Below are positions 33,171-43,441 of a stretch of 51,114 bases of DNA, one piece after another. Each line of letters opens with the position of its first letter. Position 1 is the stretch's first letter. This DNA comes from Candidatus Fimenecus sp. (lineage in GTDB: Bacteria > Bacillota > Clostridia > Oscillospirales > Acutalibacteraceae), in contig JAZQUC010000017.1 of NCBI GenBank assembly GCA_045631075.1, positions 1-51,114 of the forward strand, written 5' to 3'. The notes under the pieces are model-generated. The model saw nothing but the letters and a program-made list of their open reading frames with translations, searched no databases and was not told where the DNA came from. The translations under genes were made by a program, and so were the position numbers.

Positions 33171-33299
33171 TAAAATGAACTCCTTTAAACATTTGGAAAT
33201 ATTATTCACAAAAAATTTAAATTTATGCCTAAAAATATTCAATTTTTATTTGCCAAATCATAGTTTTTGTAGTATAATTACTATGTTTAAGTATGTAAA

Positions 33300-34442
33300 A
33301 TGGGGGCGAAGAATTTGAGCGTTTATCTTGATAATAGTGCAACAACAAAACCGTGTGAAAAATCGGTGAAAAAAGCACTTGAAATGATGAACGAGAAATT
33401 CGGTAATCCGTCATCACTTCATTTGTGTGGCTTTAATGCTAAAAAAGAAATTGACACTGCTCGTCATACAATTTCTTCATTTTTAGGGTGCGAGGATAAA
33501 GAAATTTTCTTTACTCCAAGTGGCACTGTTGCCAATAATACCGCAATTTTTGGTACGGCTAAAGCAAAATGTCGTGAAGGCAAAAAAGTAATAACAACTA
33601 TGTTGGAACACCCAAGCGTGCTTAAATGCTTTGAAAATCTTGGTGAACAGGGCTTTGATGTTGTTTATCTTAAGCCTGATATTAACGGAAAAATCAATCT
33701 TGATGAGTTATCAAATACTGTTGATGAAAACACGATTCTTGTAAGTATTATGGCAGTTAATAATGAGGTTGGTTCCATTCAGGATTTTGCAAAAGTAAAA
33801 AGTATTATTAAAAACAAAAAATCAAAGGCATATTTTCATTGTGATGCTGTTCAGGCTTTTGGTAAGATTCAAATAAAACCTAAAAAACTTGGAATTGACC
33901 TTATGAGTATGAGTGCTCATAAAATTCACGGAGTGAAAGGTTCTGGTGCATTGTTTGTTAACAGCAATGTCCGTATTTCACCATATATCTTTGGTGGTGG
34001 TCAGGAAAATGGAATGGTTTCTGGTACTGAATCAACTCCAATGATATGTGCTTTTGCTGAAGCAGTAGGGGATATTGGTAATGTTGAGAGAAATCTTCAC
34101 AATGTTACGGCTGTAAGGAATTACTTTGTTAATAAAATTAATGATGTTGACAAGGTTTATATAAATTCTCCACAGGACGCCTTACCATATATTATCAACA
34201 TTTCCGTTGAGGGTGTACCATCACAGGTTATGCTCAATTCACTTTCTTCAATGGGGATTTATGTTTCAGCAGGTTCTGCCTGTGCTAAGGGTCACAGAAG
34301 TGATGTTTTGACAGCAATGGGCGTATCACCAGCAGGAATAGACAGTGCTATAAGAATAAGTTTGTCAAAATTTACCACGGAAAATGATATGGATTTGTTG
34401 TATAATGGAATAATCGAAACCATTAACCGTGTCAGGAGATGA
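33300..34442 (+). CDS. Cysteine desulfurase (NifS/IscS-like, class V aminotransferase)
   Basis: YLDNSATT N-terminus, SAHKIHG.KG PLP-lysine motif and GSACA..H active-site Cys loop. Confidence 0.9.
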   Translation: MGAKNLSVYLDNSATTKPCEKSVKKALEMMNEKFGNPSSLHLCGFNAKKEIDTARHTISSFLGCEDKEIFFTPSGTVANNTAIFGTAKAKCREGKKVITTMLEHPSVLKCFENLGEQGFDVVYLKPDINGKINLDELSNTVDENTILVSIMAVNNEVGSIQDFAKVKSIIKNKKSKAYFHCDAVQAFGKIQIKPKKLGIDLMSMSAHKIHGVKGSGALFVNSNVRISPYIFGGGQENGMVSGTESTPMICAFAEAVGDIGNVERNLHNVTAVRNYFVNKINDVDKVYINSPQDALPYIINISVEGVPSQVMLNSLSSMGIYVSAGSACAKGHRSDVLTAMGVSPAGIDSAIRISLSKFTTENDMDLLYNGIIETINRVRR

Positions 34443-34444
34443 AT

Positions 34445-35617
34445 ATGAAAGAGATTATATTAATTAAGAACGGTGAGTTAGCTTTAAAGGGTCTTAACCG
34501 TTCCACATTTGAAGATATTTTAATTAAAAATATTCGCAAACGCATTAAACCTTTAGGTGAATTTGAATATAGAAAAGAGCAATCAACAATTTCTGTTGTT
34601 CCTATGGATGATTACATAGATATGGATGAAGTCAGTGACAGAATTAGTCGTGTTTTCGGTATTGCAGCATATTCAAGAGCCTTACAGGTCGAAAAAGATA
34701 TGTCAGTCATTCTTGAGAATGCGCCTGATTATCTTGCTGAACAGTTAAGAGAAGCAAAAACATTTAAGGTTGAGGGTAAGCGTTCTGATAAAAAATTCCC
34801 TCTTAAATCACCTGAGATTTCTGCTGAAGTTGGTGGAGCAATTTTAAGTAAATTCCCTCACTTGAAGGTTGATGTTAAAAATCCTGATATCCTTGTTACG
34901 ATTGAGATAAGAGAAAAATTTGCTTTTATCCGTGGTAATCAGACAAAGGGTGCTGGTGGTATGCCAACAGGTACAGCAGGAAAATCAGCAATCTTAATTT
35001 CTGGTGGAATTGATAGTCCTGTTGCTGCATATATGATGGCAAAGCGTGGACTTGTGCTTAATGCAATTCATTTTGCTTCACCACCATATACATCACCACA
35101 GTCTGAGGAAAAGGTTCACAATCTTCTTCGTAAGGTTTCAAGATACAGCGGAAATATCTGTTTATTTACAGTCGGATTTACAGAAATTCAGGAAGAAATA
35201 AGAGATAAATGTCCTGAGGAATTGTTTACTCTTATTATGCGTCGTTTTATGATGCGAATTTCTAACCGAATTGCCGAGCGTGAAGATTGCAAAGCACTTA
35301 TAACCGGTGAAAGTCTTGGTCAAGTAGCAAGTCAGACACTCAATGCTCTTGCTTGTACTGATGCAGTTGTTGAAATGCCTGTATTCAGACCATTGATTGG
35401 TCTTGATAAGGATGAAATTATTAAGGTTTCAAGAAAGATTGATACATTTAATATTTCTATCGAGCCTTATGAAGATTGCTGTACAGTATTTACTCCAAAG
35501 CATCCTAAAACAAGACCACAGATATCAATTATTGAAACAGCTGAACAAGCACTTGATATTGAAGGTCTTATTGAAAGAGCAATAGCAAATACAACAATCA
35601 ATAATATTTGTTTTTAA
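34445..35617 (+). CDS. thiI: tRNA 4-thiouridine synthase ThiI
   Basis: MKEIILIKNGELALKG start, THUMP region and PP-loop LISGGIDSPVAAY. It follows the cysteine desulfurase, as usual. Confidence 0.93.
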   Translation: MKEIILIKNGELALKGLNRSTFEDILIKNIRKRIKPLGEFEYRKEQSTISVVPMDDYIDMDEVSDRISRVFGIAAYSRALQVEKDMSVILENAPDYLAEQLREAKTFKVEGKRSDKKFPLKSPEISAEVGGAILSKFPHLKVDVKNPDILVTIEIREKFAFIRGNQTKGAGGMPTGTAGKSAILISGGIDSPVAAYMMAKRGLVLNAIHFASPPYTSPQSEEKVHNLLRKVSRYSGNICLFTVGFTEIQEEIRDKCPEELFTLIMRRFMMRISNRIAEREDCKALITGESLGQVASQTLNALACTDAVVEMPVFRPLIGLDKDEIIKVSRKIDTFNISIEPYEDCCTVFTPKHPKTRPQISIIETAEQALDIEGLIERAIANTTINNICF

Positions 35618-35627
35618 GAGGTAGTTT

Positions 35628-36107
35628 ATGAAACTTGAAGAAAAGGTTGTAAAACTGCTTCGTGAAAAAAATCTTGTGCTGTCTTGTGCTGAATCATGCA
35701 CTGGTGGTCTTATAGCAAAGAGAATTACAGATGTCAGTGGTTCATCTGCAGTTTTTAATTGTGGAATAGTCAGTTACAGTAATGAGATTAAAGAAAAAGT
35801 TCTTAATGTTAAGAATGATACGTTAAAAGAGTTTGGTGCAGTCAGTGAACAAACTGTTCGTGAAATGGTGAACGGAGTTCTCACTGTTTCAGGTGCTGGT
35901 ATTGCAGTTTCAGTATCAGGGATTGCAGGACCAAATTCTGATAATACCGATAAACCTGTCGGTTTAATTTATTTAGCAGTTTCCAACGGTGAAACAACCG
36001 TTGTTAAGAAATTGAATAATCAGTTCACAACTGATGTTAGAAACAGTAACAGAATAAGTGCTTCAGATGAAGCTCTTAAAATGATTATAGAAATGATAGG
36101 AGAATAA
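35628..36107 (+). CDS. Stand-alone CinA C-terminal domain protein (nicotinamide-nucleotide amidase PncC type)
   Basis: 159 aa. LSCAESCTGGLIA..IT...GSS.VF.CG.V.YSNE.K and SGIAGP motifs. No N-terminal MoCF-like domain. Confidence 0.88.
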   Translation: MKLEEKVVKLLREKNLVLSCAESCTGGLIAKRITDVSGSSAVFNCGIVSYSNEIKEKVLNVKNDTLKEFGAVSEQTVREMVNGVLTVSGAGIAVSVSGIAGPNSDNTDKPVGLIYLAVSNGETTVVKKLNNQFTTDVRNSNRISASDEALKMIIEMIGE

Positions 36108-36109
36108 CT

Positions 36110-37015
36110 ATGGAAAAGAAAAATAATGCTGTTGTAAAAAAAGTCATTATTGCAGTTGTAGTTGCTATATTACTTATTTCTGCAATATTTTTGACAAAAT
36201 TCTTTATTGACCAGAAGAACGAACCATCAAATGGTGATGATGTTACAAATTCATCACAGGTACAAACAACTGAACCTGTTGCAAAACCTGACTATTCAGA
36301 ATATGTTGAACAGAATCCTGAAACAGTAGGTTGGATTTCAATTCCTGGTACACAAATTAACTTCCCTGTTGTTCAGTCAGTAGATAATGAATATTATCTT
36401 TCACACACATTTGACCATAAGTCAGATAAACGTGGTGCAATTTATATGGACTATCGTAACAATGCTGTTGACCTTGACGCAAATACTATTATTTATGGTC
36501 ACAACGATTACAAAGCTGGTAGTGTTTTCTCAGAAATTGCTTACTACGATGATATTGAATATTATAAAGAACACCCAATTATTGAGTTTAATACACTTGA
36601 AAGCTATTATCAGTGGAAAATCTATGCTGTGTTTATCACAAATCAGCAGGCATATGATGATAATGGATATATTTTCAACTTCATTTGGCCACAGATGGAA
36701 GGACCAAACTTCAAAGGTTATGTTGAAGAATTGAATAAGCGTACACTTTATTACACAGGCGTTGACATCAAGGATGGTGACAGAATTCTTACATTGTCAT
36801 CATGTGCAAGAAATCTTGATACAGCTGGAAATCGTGCGAAAACAAGTATCGTTGTTGTTGCCCGTGCAGTAAGACCAGGTGAAGATGCAACAGTTGATGT
36901 ATCAAGAGCATATGTAAATGAAAATCCAAAATATCCACAGCTTTATTACAACATAAAGGGTATTGCAAATCCATATAAGAATGATAAAAAGTGGTATCCT
37001 GTGGTGATTGACTAA
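36110..37015 (+). CDS. srtB: Class B sortase
   Basis: N-terminal TM anchor. GWISIPGTQINFPVVQ..DNEYYL.H, TIIYGHN (catalytic His), LTLSSC (catalytic Cys) and VVVARAVR (Arg). Confidence 0.85.
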   Translation: MEKKNNAVVKKVIIAVVVAILLISAIFLTKFFIDQKNEPSNGDDVTNSSQVQTTEPVAKPDYSEYVEQNPETVGWISIPGTQINFPVVQSVDNEYYLSHTFDHKSDKRGAIYMDYRNNAVDLDANTIIYGHNDYKAGSVFSEIAYYDDIEYYKEHPIIEFNTLESYYQWKIYAVFITNQQAYDDNGYIFNFIWPQMEGPNFKGYVEELNKRTLYYTGVDIKDGDRILTLSSCARNLDTAGNRAKTSIVVVARAVRPGEDATVDVSRAYVNENPKYPQLYYNIKGIANPYKNDKKWYPVVID

Positions 37016-38289
37016 TGGATAATAAAGAAAATAATTCAATGCTTTCTTTTGATAAACTTCGTGAGGGCTTAGGTATAGAAGGCGAATTACCGCAGGTTAA
37101 CGAACCTGAAAGACCTAAAGTTGTTGAAGATGTGAAATCGGTTTCAAAAAGTGATACACCAACAGGTGGTAAATCTGTTATTGAAAACGGTATTAAGTTT
37201 ATTGATATTACTGAACAATATACATCTTTTAATCAACCGACCGAAAAAGCAGAAGAAATTCCTGTAAAACAAGAGGAGAAAGTGGAACAGGTTATAGCAT
37301 CTGTTCCTGAAACACCTAAAAAGCGTGTTAAAACATTTGATGAAATATTTTCTGATTTTTTTGCAGTATTTCTTCCTGTTAAGAATGATAGCAGTAAAGA
37401 AAAAATCAGAAAAATCATAATGGATTTTTCAATTATTCTTATAATTGCTTGTTTTATAGGTTTTGTTCAACTTTTTATAGAACGAAGTGAACAATCATCT
37501 TTGGGCTCAGTTAATAACGCTGAATTAACTGACAAATTAAGTATTAATTCCTATAATGAGTCATGGAATGAAATTCTTTCTGATAGTTCATCAGTTTCTT
37601 TTCCTCAAGGTATGAAATCTCAATTTTCATATTTTTATAGTTCCAATAATGATATGGCAGGTTGGATTAAAATCAGCAACACCAATCTTGATGCTCAGGT
37701 TGTTCAAGGTGATAACAACGAATACTATAAAAATAAGGATTTCTATGGAAATGATAACAAATCAGGATGTCCGTATATTGATTACAAAAACGAAACATAT
37801 GAACTTGATGATAATACAATAATTTATGGACAAAATTCCAACAATAATCTTATGTTTTCTGTTCTTGAACAGTATAAGACTATTGAAGGATATAAAAATT
37901 CACCAATTATTGAATTCAGTACCTTATATAAATCATATACATTCAAGGTTTTTGCGGTGTTTATTGCGACTGACAGCCCTGTAAGTGATAATGGTTTTAG
38001 TTATACTGTTACTGATTTTATGTCTGACAATAAATTCGGTGAATTTATCAATGAAGTTAAAGTCAGAAGTCTTATTAATACGGATGTATCAGTACAGACT
38101 GATGATAAAATTTTGACTCTTGTTACTCCAACTCGTGAATTTGATAATGCACGACTTGTTGTAATGGGAAGAATGGTTCGTGAAAACGAATCACCTAATG
38201 TGAATGTGGATGGTGCAACTATTAATACATCACCAAAATATCCACAGGTTTGGTATGATAAAAAAGGTGAAAGCAATCCTTTTGCATAA
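37015..38289 (+). CDS. Sortase-B-like paralogue lacking catalytic His and Cys, with a long N-terminal cytoplasmic extension
   Basis: Start overlaps the srtB stop (TAATG). It aligns with SrtB as AGWIKISNTNLDAQVVQGDNNEYY, but has TIIYGQN (His to Gln) and LTLVTPT (Cys to Pro/Thr). Arg is retained (VVMGRMVR). Confidence 0.7.
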   Translation: MDNKENNSMLSFDKLREGLGIEGELPQVNEPERPKVVEDVKSVSKSDTPTGGKSVIENGIKFIDITEQYTSFNQPTEKAEEIPVKQEEKVEQVIASVPETPKKRVKTFDEIFSDFFAVFLPVKNDSSKEKIRKIIMDFSIILIIACFIGFVQLFIERSEQSSLGSVNNAELTDKLSINSYNESWNEILSDSSSVSFPQGMKSQFSYFYSSNNDMAGWIKISNTNLDAQVVQGDNNEYYKNKDFYGNDNKSGCPYIDYKNETYELDDNTIIYGQNSNNNLMFSVLEQYKTIEGYKNSPIIEFSTLYKSYTFKVFAVFIATDSPVSDNGFSYTVTDFMSDNKFGEFINEVKVRSLINTDVSVQTDDKILTLVTPTREFDNARLVVMGRMVRENESPNVNVDGATINTSPKYPQVWYDKKGESNPFA

Positions 38290-38333
38290 TAATTTAGCAG
38301 GTAAAAAGTAGGGAAAAGAGAGGTTATTTGAAT

Positions 38334-40403
38334 ATGAGAACAAAAGTGTTATCACTTAATGTTGACAGAAGTATGTCTTTTGCTCGTTTTCAGGCTCGTG
38401 TTGAAAGTAGTATAAACAACTATACTGATGATTGCGTCTTCCAGCAATTTGAAGATATCAGAGAAATGTTTGTTGCTTTACAGAGTGCACTTGAAAACGA
38501 TGAATTAATTCTCACTGCTGTTGATGTTAAAAATTATTTAAAATTTAAAAATGCGTTAATTCAGGCTTTTGGCACAGAGGTTGTATATAATTCAACTGTG
38601 TCAAAACGAGTTGAAAAATTAAGCCTTGATGATAAAAAGAAGCAAGCCTTTTCCGCTTTCCCTGAACCTGCAACTGTGTTTGCATCTGATGATGGACTTT
38701 ATTCAGGTTTTGCAATGGCTAACGGAAATCAGCATCTTATTCTTTTACCTATAGACAATTATAGAATTGATGAAATTTTAAGAAATGGTGTAATTCCTTA
38801 TCTTAATGAACAGTTAATGGCTAAATATGATGACATTGTTTTATCAACTGAAAAGCCTCCATTTTTCGATAAGGTTTCATTTGCTGTAAACAGTATTCTT
38901 GAATGTGATTCATTGGTTGCTGTTAACGGTACAAGAAATGCAGAGGTTTTAAAGAGCTGTGGCGATGAAGTTGTAGGTTTTGATAAAGCATTTGTATTTA
39001 CACCTTATGTTGAGGATAAAGGTAAGATTAATCCTACTGAATATACTGCACAGCTTGCAAGAGTAAGCCTTGATTTATCATCTGCAAAACTTGGTGCTTG
39101 CATCAGTGATATTTATACATCAAATGATGCTAAATATATTTGTATTGCAGTTTCTGATGGTGATTCAGCACTTGTAAGAAAACTTTATATGTCAGATAAT
39201 GAAACTGAACATGAGTTTGTTGAAAGTGCAGCAGTTGAGCTCATTGAACTTGTTGGTGAAAAGGTATCTGGTAAGAGAAGTGTTGGAATTGAAATTTCCG
39301 ATTCACAGGATAATGTTATTACAGATGATGATAAGAAAATTGCAAAGAAAAAGCCTCTTGCCATCCTTGCAATTGTTATAGGTCTTGTATTCATAGTTTG
39401 TGCAATCTTTGCTTTTATTTTCCAGCAGAATGTAAAAGACGATAATAAAGGTGATACACCAACTGAATCAACAACTAATCCTATAATTTCAACTACTGAA
39501 CCTACAACAGTTGGTTCTACAGCATATGATGAAAATATGATGAAACTTTCTGATTATCTTGTTTCAGCAATTATGAGTATGGATGAGGCAACAATTCAGA
39601 ATAATATTTCAGAGTATAGTAAAGATGTACCGGAGTTTATTACTGTTAATGGTAAACAAATTCCTGCAAAACAGGCACTTGCTCGTCTTGTTACAGCAGA
39701 AATTTCTAACGGATATAACTTTGATGTTGTAAAGGCATATACAGTTGCTACATATACTTGTCTTAAAGTAATCGGCAATGATTTTGTTCTTGATAATGTA
39801 AGAATTTCACAGGCAGCAAATGGTGTTGTTACTCGTGCTGTTGAAGATGTTTTTGGTGAATATCTTACATATAATAATTTCCTTGCTGTTCCTTTGTTCC
39901 ATAATCTTACAGCAGTAAATACTCTTGATATGTCAGCAAAATTACCATATCTTAAGAGCGTAAAATTAGAACGTCATCAGGATGTTAATGTTAGAACTTA
40001 CCAATCAAGCAAGGTTTATTCTCTTGATGAAATGAAAGCAATCTTGCTTAAAAACAACAGTTCTGTTGTTCTTTCTGAAAACCCTGCTGAATGGGTAGTA
40101 ATTAAAGAGCACGATGCTTCTGTTTCAGCAGATGTAGGTAATGTTAAATCTGTTGTTTTCAATGGTACTGAAATGACAGGTATTGAATTTAAAATGAAGG
40201 TAATGGGTGATGATAAGTTAGCGTCAATCTGTTTCCAGATTGTTTATAATGCAGAAACATCATCATTTATCGTTACAACATATGGTCAAGGATACGGAAT
40301 TGGTATGGGTCAGATTGGTGCAAAATATCTTTCAGTAAATGACCATGACTATACAGCAATTCTCACAAAGTATTATGAGGGAACAACAGTTACAAAGGGG
40401 TAA
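38334..40403 (+). CDS. Bitopic membrane protein: ~330-aa cytoplasmic domain, one TM helix, extracellular SpoIID/LytB-like domain
   Basis: TM helix PLAILAIVIGLVFIVCAIFAFIF. The C-terminal end YGQGYGIGMGQIGAKYLS....YT.IL.KYYEGTTV matches the SpoIID/LytB terminal motif. LARLVTAEIS resembles the catalytic-Glu block. Confidence 0.5.
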   Translation: MRTKVLSLNVDRSMSFARFQARVESSINNYTDDCVFQQFEDIREMFVALQSALENDELILTAVDVKNYLKFKNALIQAFGTEVVYNSTVSKRVEKLSLDDKKKQAFSAFPEPATVFASDDGLYSGFAMANGNQHLILLPIDNYRIDEILRNGVIPYLNEQLMAKYDDIVLSTEKPPFFDKVSFAVNSILECDSLVAVNGTRNAEVLKSCGDEVVGFDKAFVFTPYVEDKGKINPTEYTAQLARVSLDLSSAKLGACISDIYTSNDAKYICIAVSDGDSALVRKLYMSDNETEHEFVESAAVELIELVGEKVSGKRSVGIEISDSQDNVITDDDKKIAKKKPLAILAIVIGLVFIVCAIFAFIFQQNVKDDNKGDTPTESTTNPIISTTEPTTVGSTAYDENMMKLSDYLVSAIMSMDEATIQNNISEYSKDVPEFITVNGKQIPAKQALARLVTAEISNGYNFDVVKAYTVATYTCLKVIGNDFVLDNVRISQAANGVVTRAVEDVFGEYLTYNNFLAVPLFHNLTAVNTLDMSAKLPYLKSVKLERHQDVNVRTYQSSKVYSLDEMKAILLKNNSSVVLSENPAEWVVIKEHDASVSADVGNVKSVVFNGTEMTGIEFKMKVMGDDKLASICFQIVYNAETSSFIVTTYGQGYGIGMGQIGAKYLSVNDHDYTAILTKYYEGTTVTKG

Positions 40404-40409
40404 ATTAAT

Positions 40410-41429
40410 ATGAGTATTTTAGTTACAGGTGGCGCAGGTTTTATTGGTTCACACACTTGCGTTGAGCTTTTAAATGCAGGTTATGATGTTGTTGTTGTAG
40501 ATAATCTTTACAACTCAAGTGAAAAATCTCTTGACAGAGTAAAAGAATTAACAGGAAAAGATTTTTCATTCTATCCTTATGATATCCGTGATAAGGAGAA
40601 TATGAGAAAGGTTTTTGAAAATCATAATATTGATGCTTGTATTCATTTTGCAGGTCTTAAGGCGGTTGGAGAAAGCTGTGCAAAACCATTGGAATATTAT
40701 GATAATAATATTGGTGGCACACTTGCTCTTTGTGAAGTTATGAGAGAATACAATTGTAAAAAAATTGTTTTCAGTTCATCAGCGACAGTTTATGGTAGCA
40801 GTAACATTTCTCCACTTAAGGAAGATATGAAAACAGGTGGTACAACAAATCCATACGGTACTACAAAATATATGATTGAAATTATTCTTGATGATTTCCA
40901 TAAGGGTGATAATGAATGGGCAGTAACTCTTCTTCGTTATTTTAATCCAATCGGAGCACATAAGAGTGGTCGTATTGGTGAAAATCCAAATGGTATTCCA
41001 AATAATCTTATGCCATATATTACACAGGTTGCTATCGGTAAATTACCTTGCCTTAATGTATTTGGTGATGATTATGATACACATGATGGTACAGGTGTAA
41101 GAGACTATATTCACGTTGTTGACTTGGCGCTTGGTCACGTTAAAGCTGTTGAAAAAATCCTTAAGGATGAACCAAAGGTTAATATTTATAATCTTGGTAC
41201 AGGTAATGGATACAGCGTTCTTGATATTGTTAAGGCTTTTGAACAAGCTTCAGGACAGAAAATTAATTATAAAATTGCTCCTCGTCGTCCTGGCGACCTT
41301 GATGTTTGTTATTCAGATGCAACAAAAGCATTCAATGAACTTGGTTGGAAAGCTGAACGTGACCTTCTTGAAATGTGTGAAGATTCATGGAGATGGCAGA
41401 GCAATAATCCAAACGGTTTTGATGAATAA
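40410..41429 (+). CDS. galE: UDP-glucose 4-epimerase
   Basis: [13 protein letters not shown] Rossmann motif and YG.TK catalytic motif ([10 protein letters not shown]). 339 aa. Confidence 0.95.
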   Translation: MSILVTGGAGFIGSHTCVELLNAGYDVVVVDNLYNSSEKSLDRVKELTGKDFSFYPYDIRDKENMRKVFENHNIDACIHFAGLKAVGESCAKPLEYYDNNIGGTLALCEVMREYNCKKIVFSSSATVYGSSNISPLKEDMKTGGTTNPYGTTKYMIEIILDDFHKGDNEWAVTLLRYFNPIGAHKSGRIGENPNGIPNNLMPYITQVAIGKLPCLNVFGDDYDTHDGTGVRDYIHVVDLALGHVKAVEKILKDEPKVNIYNLGTGNGYSVLDIVKAFEQASGQKINYKIAPRRPGDLDVCYSDATKAFNELGWKAERDLLEMCEDSWRWQSNNPNGFDE

Positions 41430-41442
41430 TTTAGTTTAAAGG

Positions 41443-42018
41443 GTGATTTTTGTGAAAAAAGGTTTAATTGTTGTTATTGCTATTGTTGCAGTAATTGCAA
41501 TTTTAGGCGGAAGTTTAGTTTCATCTTACAATGGTCTTGTTGATAAACAGGCAAATGTTGAAAATGCAGATGCACAGATTCAGGTACAGCTTCAACGCAG
41601 AGCTGATTTGATTCCTAACCTTGTAAATACAGTAAAAGCGTATGCATCTCATGAAGAAGATGTCTATACAGCACTTGCTGATGCTCGTGCTAAGCTTAAT
41701 TCTGCATCAAACCCTGAAGAATATAAGGAAGCAACAGATAGCTTTGATTCAGCTCTTTCAAGACTTTTAGTTGTTGTTGAAAATTATCCTGAACTTAAAG
41801 CAGACAAGAATTTTATTGCATTACAGGATGAACTTGCAGGTACAGAAAACAGACTTTCAACTGCAAGAAAGGATTACAATGATGTTGCAACAGAATATAA
41901 TGCTTCAATCAAAAAGTTCCCAACAGTAATTTTTGCTGGAATGTTTGGTTTTGAAAAAGTTGACTTATTCGAGGCATCAAGTGAATCACAGACTGCTCCA
42001 ACAGTAAACTTTGATTGA
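41443..42018 (+). CDS. lemA: LemA family protein
   Basis: N-terminal TM helix. YN.LV......V....A.I.VQLQRRADLIPNLV.TVK.YA.HE pattern. Start is GTG 41443 or GTG 41452. Confidence 0.88.
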   Translation: MIFVKKGLIVVIAIVAVIAILGGSLVSSYNGLVDKQANVENADAQIQVQLQRRADLIPNLVNTVKAYASHEEDVYTALADARAKLNSASNPEEYKEATDSFDSALSRLLVVVENYPELKADKNFIALQDELAGTENRLSTARKDYNDVATEYNASIKKFPTVIFAGMFGFEKVDLFEASSESQTAPTVNFD

Positions 42019-42029
42019 TTTTTAAAGAT

Positions 42030-42845
42030 ATGAAAAAGATAATTGTACTTTTATGTACCTTATTTTTAATTTCTTCACTGACTTTTTCATCTTATGCAAT
42101 ATCATTGCCTGAACCAACAAATGATTTCTTTGTGAATGATTTTGTTAATATTATTGATGATATTGATGAATCAGAGATTATGAAGATTGGTGCTGATTTA
42201 TACGAACAAACCAATGCTCAGATTGTTGTTGTCACAATTGATTCACTCGATGGGTACGATGTTGATGAGTATGCACTTGAGCTTGGCCGTAAATGGGGCG
42301 TAGGAAACGAAGATAGTGATAACGGTGTTGTTATCTTACTTTCTCTTTCTGACCGTCAAATCTCAATTCAGGTCGGATATGGCTTAGAAGGTTGTCTTAA
42401 TGATGGTAAGGTCGGCAGAATTCTTGATGATTATGCTATTCCATATTTAACCGTTGATGATTTTTCAACAGGGCTTACAGAAGCATATAAAGCAGTTGCT
42501 TATGTTGTTTGTGAGGAATATGGTGTTGAGTTAAATGCTGAATATGAAATTCAGAATTATGATACTTATGAATCTGATTCAGAAGACATTGGTGAAGATG
42601 TACTTGGTGGACTTTTTATTGTAATTATAATTATTATAATTACAATAGTTGTTCTTAATAAATCCTTTGATGGAGACTCTAATAATGGTGGCTCGCATCA
42701 CGGTGGTGGAAGATATTATGGTGGTCCAACAATATACCGTGGAGGATTTTCAGGTGGCTCACGAGGTGGATTTTCCGGCGGAGGTGGTGGCTTCCGTGGT
42801 GGTGGAGGTTCATTCGGTGGCGGTGGCGCATCAAGAGGGTTCTGA
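42030..42845 (+). CDS. TPM-domain (YgcG-like) membrane protein with Gly-rich tail
   Basis: Signal/TM N-terminus, then V.D.....I......I.......L....T.AQIVVVTI.SL and GVVILLS..DR.I.IQVGYGLEG. A TM helix is followed by a GGFSGG-rich C-terminus. Classical LemA-TPM gene pair. Confidence 0.8.
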   Translation: MKKIIVLLCTLFLISSLTFSSYAISLPEPTNDFFVNDFVNIIDDIDESEIMKIGADLYEQTNAQIVVVTIDSLDGYDVDEYALELGRKWGVGNEDSDNGVVILLSLSDRQISIQVGYGLEGCLNDGKVGRILDDYAIPYLTVDDFSTGLTEAYKAVAYVVCEEYGVELNAEYEIQNYDTYESDSEDIGEDVLGGLFIVIIIIIITIVVLNKSFDGDSNNGGSHHGGGRYYGGPTIYRGGFSGGSRGGFSGGGGGFRGGGGSFGGGGASRGF

Positions 42846-42848
42846 TTT

Positions 42849-43436
42849 ATGAGAGTATTTGATTTTGATAATACGATTTATGATGGCGAAAGTATAATGG
42901 ATGTTTTTCTTTATTTTTTAAAGAAGGATTTTAAAACCATTATAAGATTTGCACCAAAATTTATTAAGGATTTTATCCGTTATAAATTAGATAAAATCAC
43001 TGTTGAAGAAGCAATGGAAAGCTACGGAAAAGCTTTTAAAGAATATTGCCAGAAATATGATAATATCTATGATGAATTTGAAAAGTTCTGGGATTTGAAC
43101 GAGCATAAAGTAAAAGATTTTTATGCTCAAATTCAGGATGAAGAAGATATTGTAGTTTCAGGTTGTCCATATTGTCTTTTAAAAATTATATGTGACAGAA
43201 TTGGCATAAAACATTACATAGGTTCTGATATTGACCCTATTAAGGGTGAAATAAACAGTATATGCTATAAGGAACATAAACTTGAAGTTTTTCGTTCTGT
43301 ATATGGTGATGTCATTATCGATGATTTTTATACAGATTCAATGGCTGATAAACCTATGATGGATATTTCAAAAAATGTCTTTATGGTAAAGGGTAATCAG
43401 ATTACTCAAACTAAAAAAGACGGTATTACAATATAA
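42849..43436 (+). CDS. HAD-superfamily (IB-like) hydrolase
   Basis: Motif I FDFDNTIY at the N-terminus. C-terminal DS..D motif (YTDSMADKPM). Confidence 0.7.
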   Translation: MRVFDFDNTIYDGESIMDVFLYFLKKDFKTIIRFAPKFIKDFIRYKLDKITVEEAMESYGKAFKEYCQKYDNIYDEFEKFWDLNEHKVKDFYAQIQDEEDIVVSGCPYCLLKIICDRIGIKHYIGSDIDPIKGEINSICYKEHKLEVFRSVYGDVIIDDFYTDSMADKPMMDISKNVFMVKGNQITQTKKDGITI

Positions 43437-43441
43437 TAAAT

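Noticed and set aside
42649-42852. 67-aa alternative-frame ORF over the Gly-rich tail of the TPM protein
   Set aside because: It is an artefact of the GGT/GGC-rich repeat being open in several frames, and it has no independent start signals.
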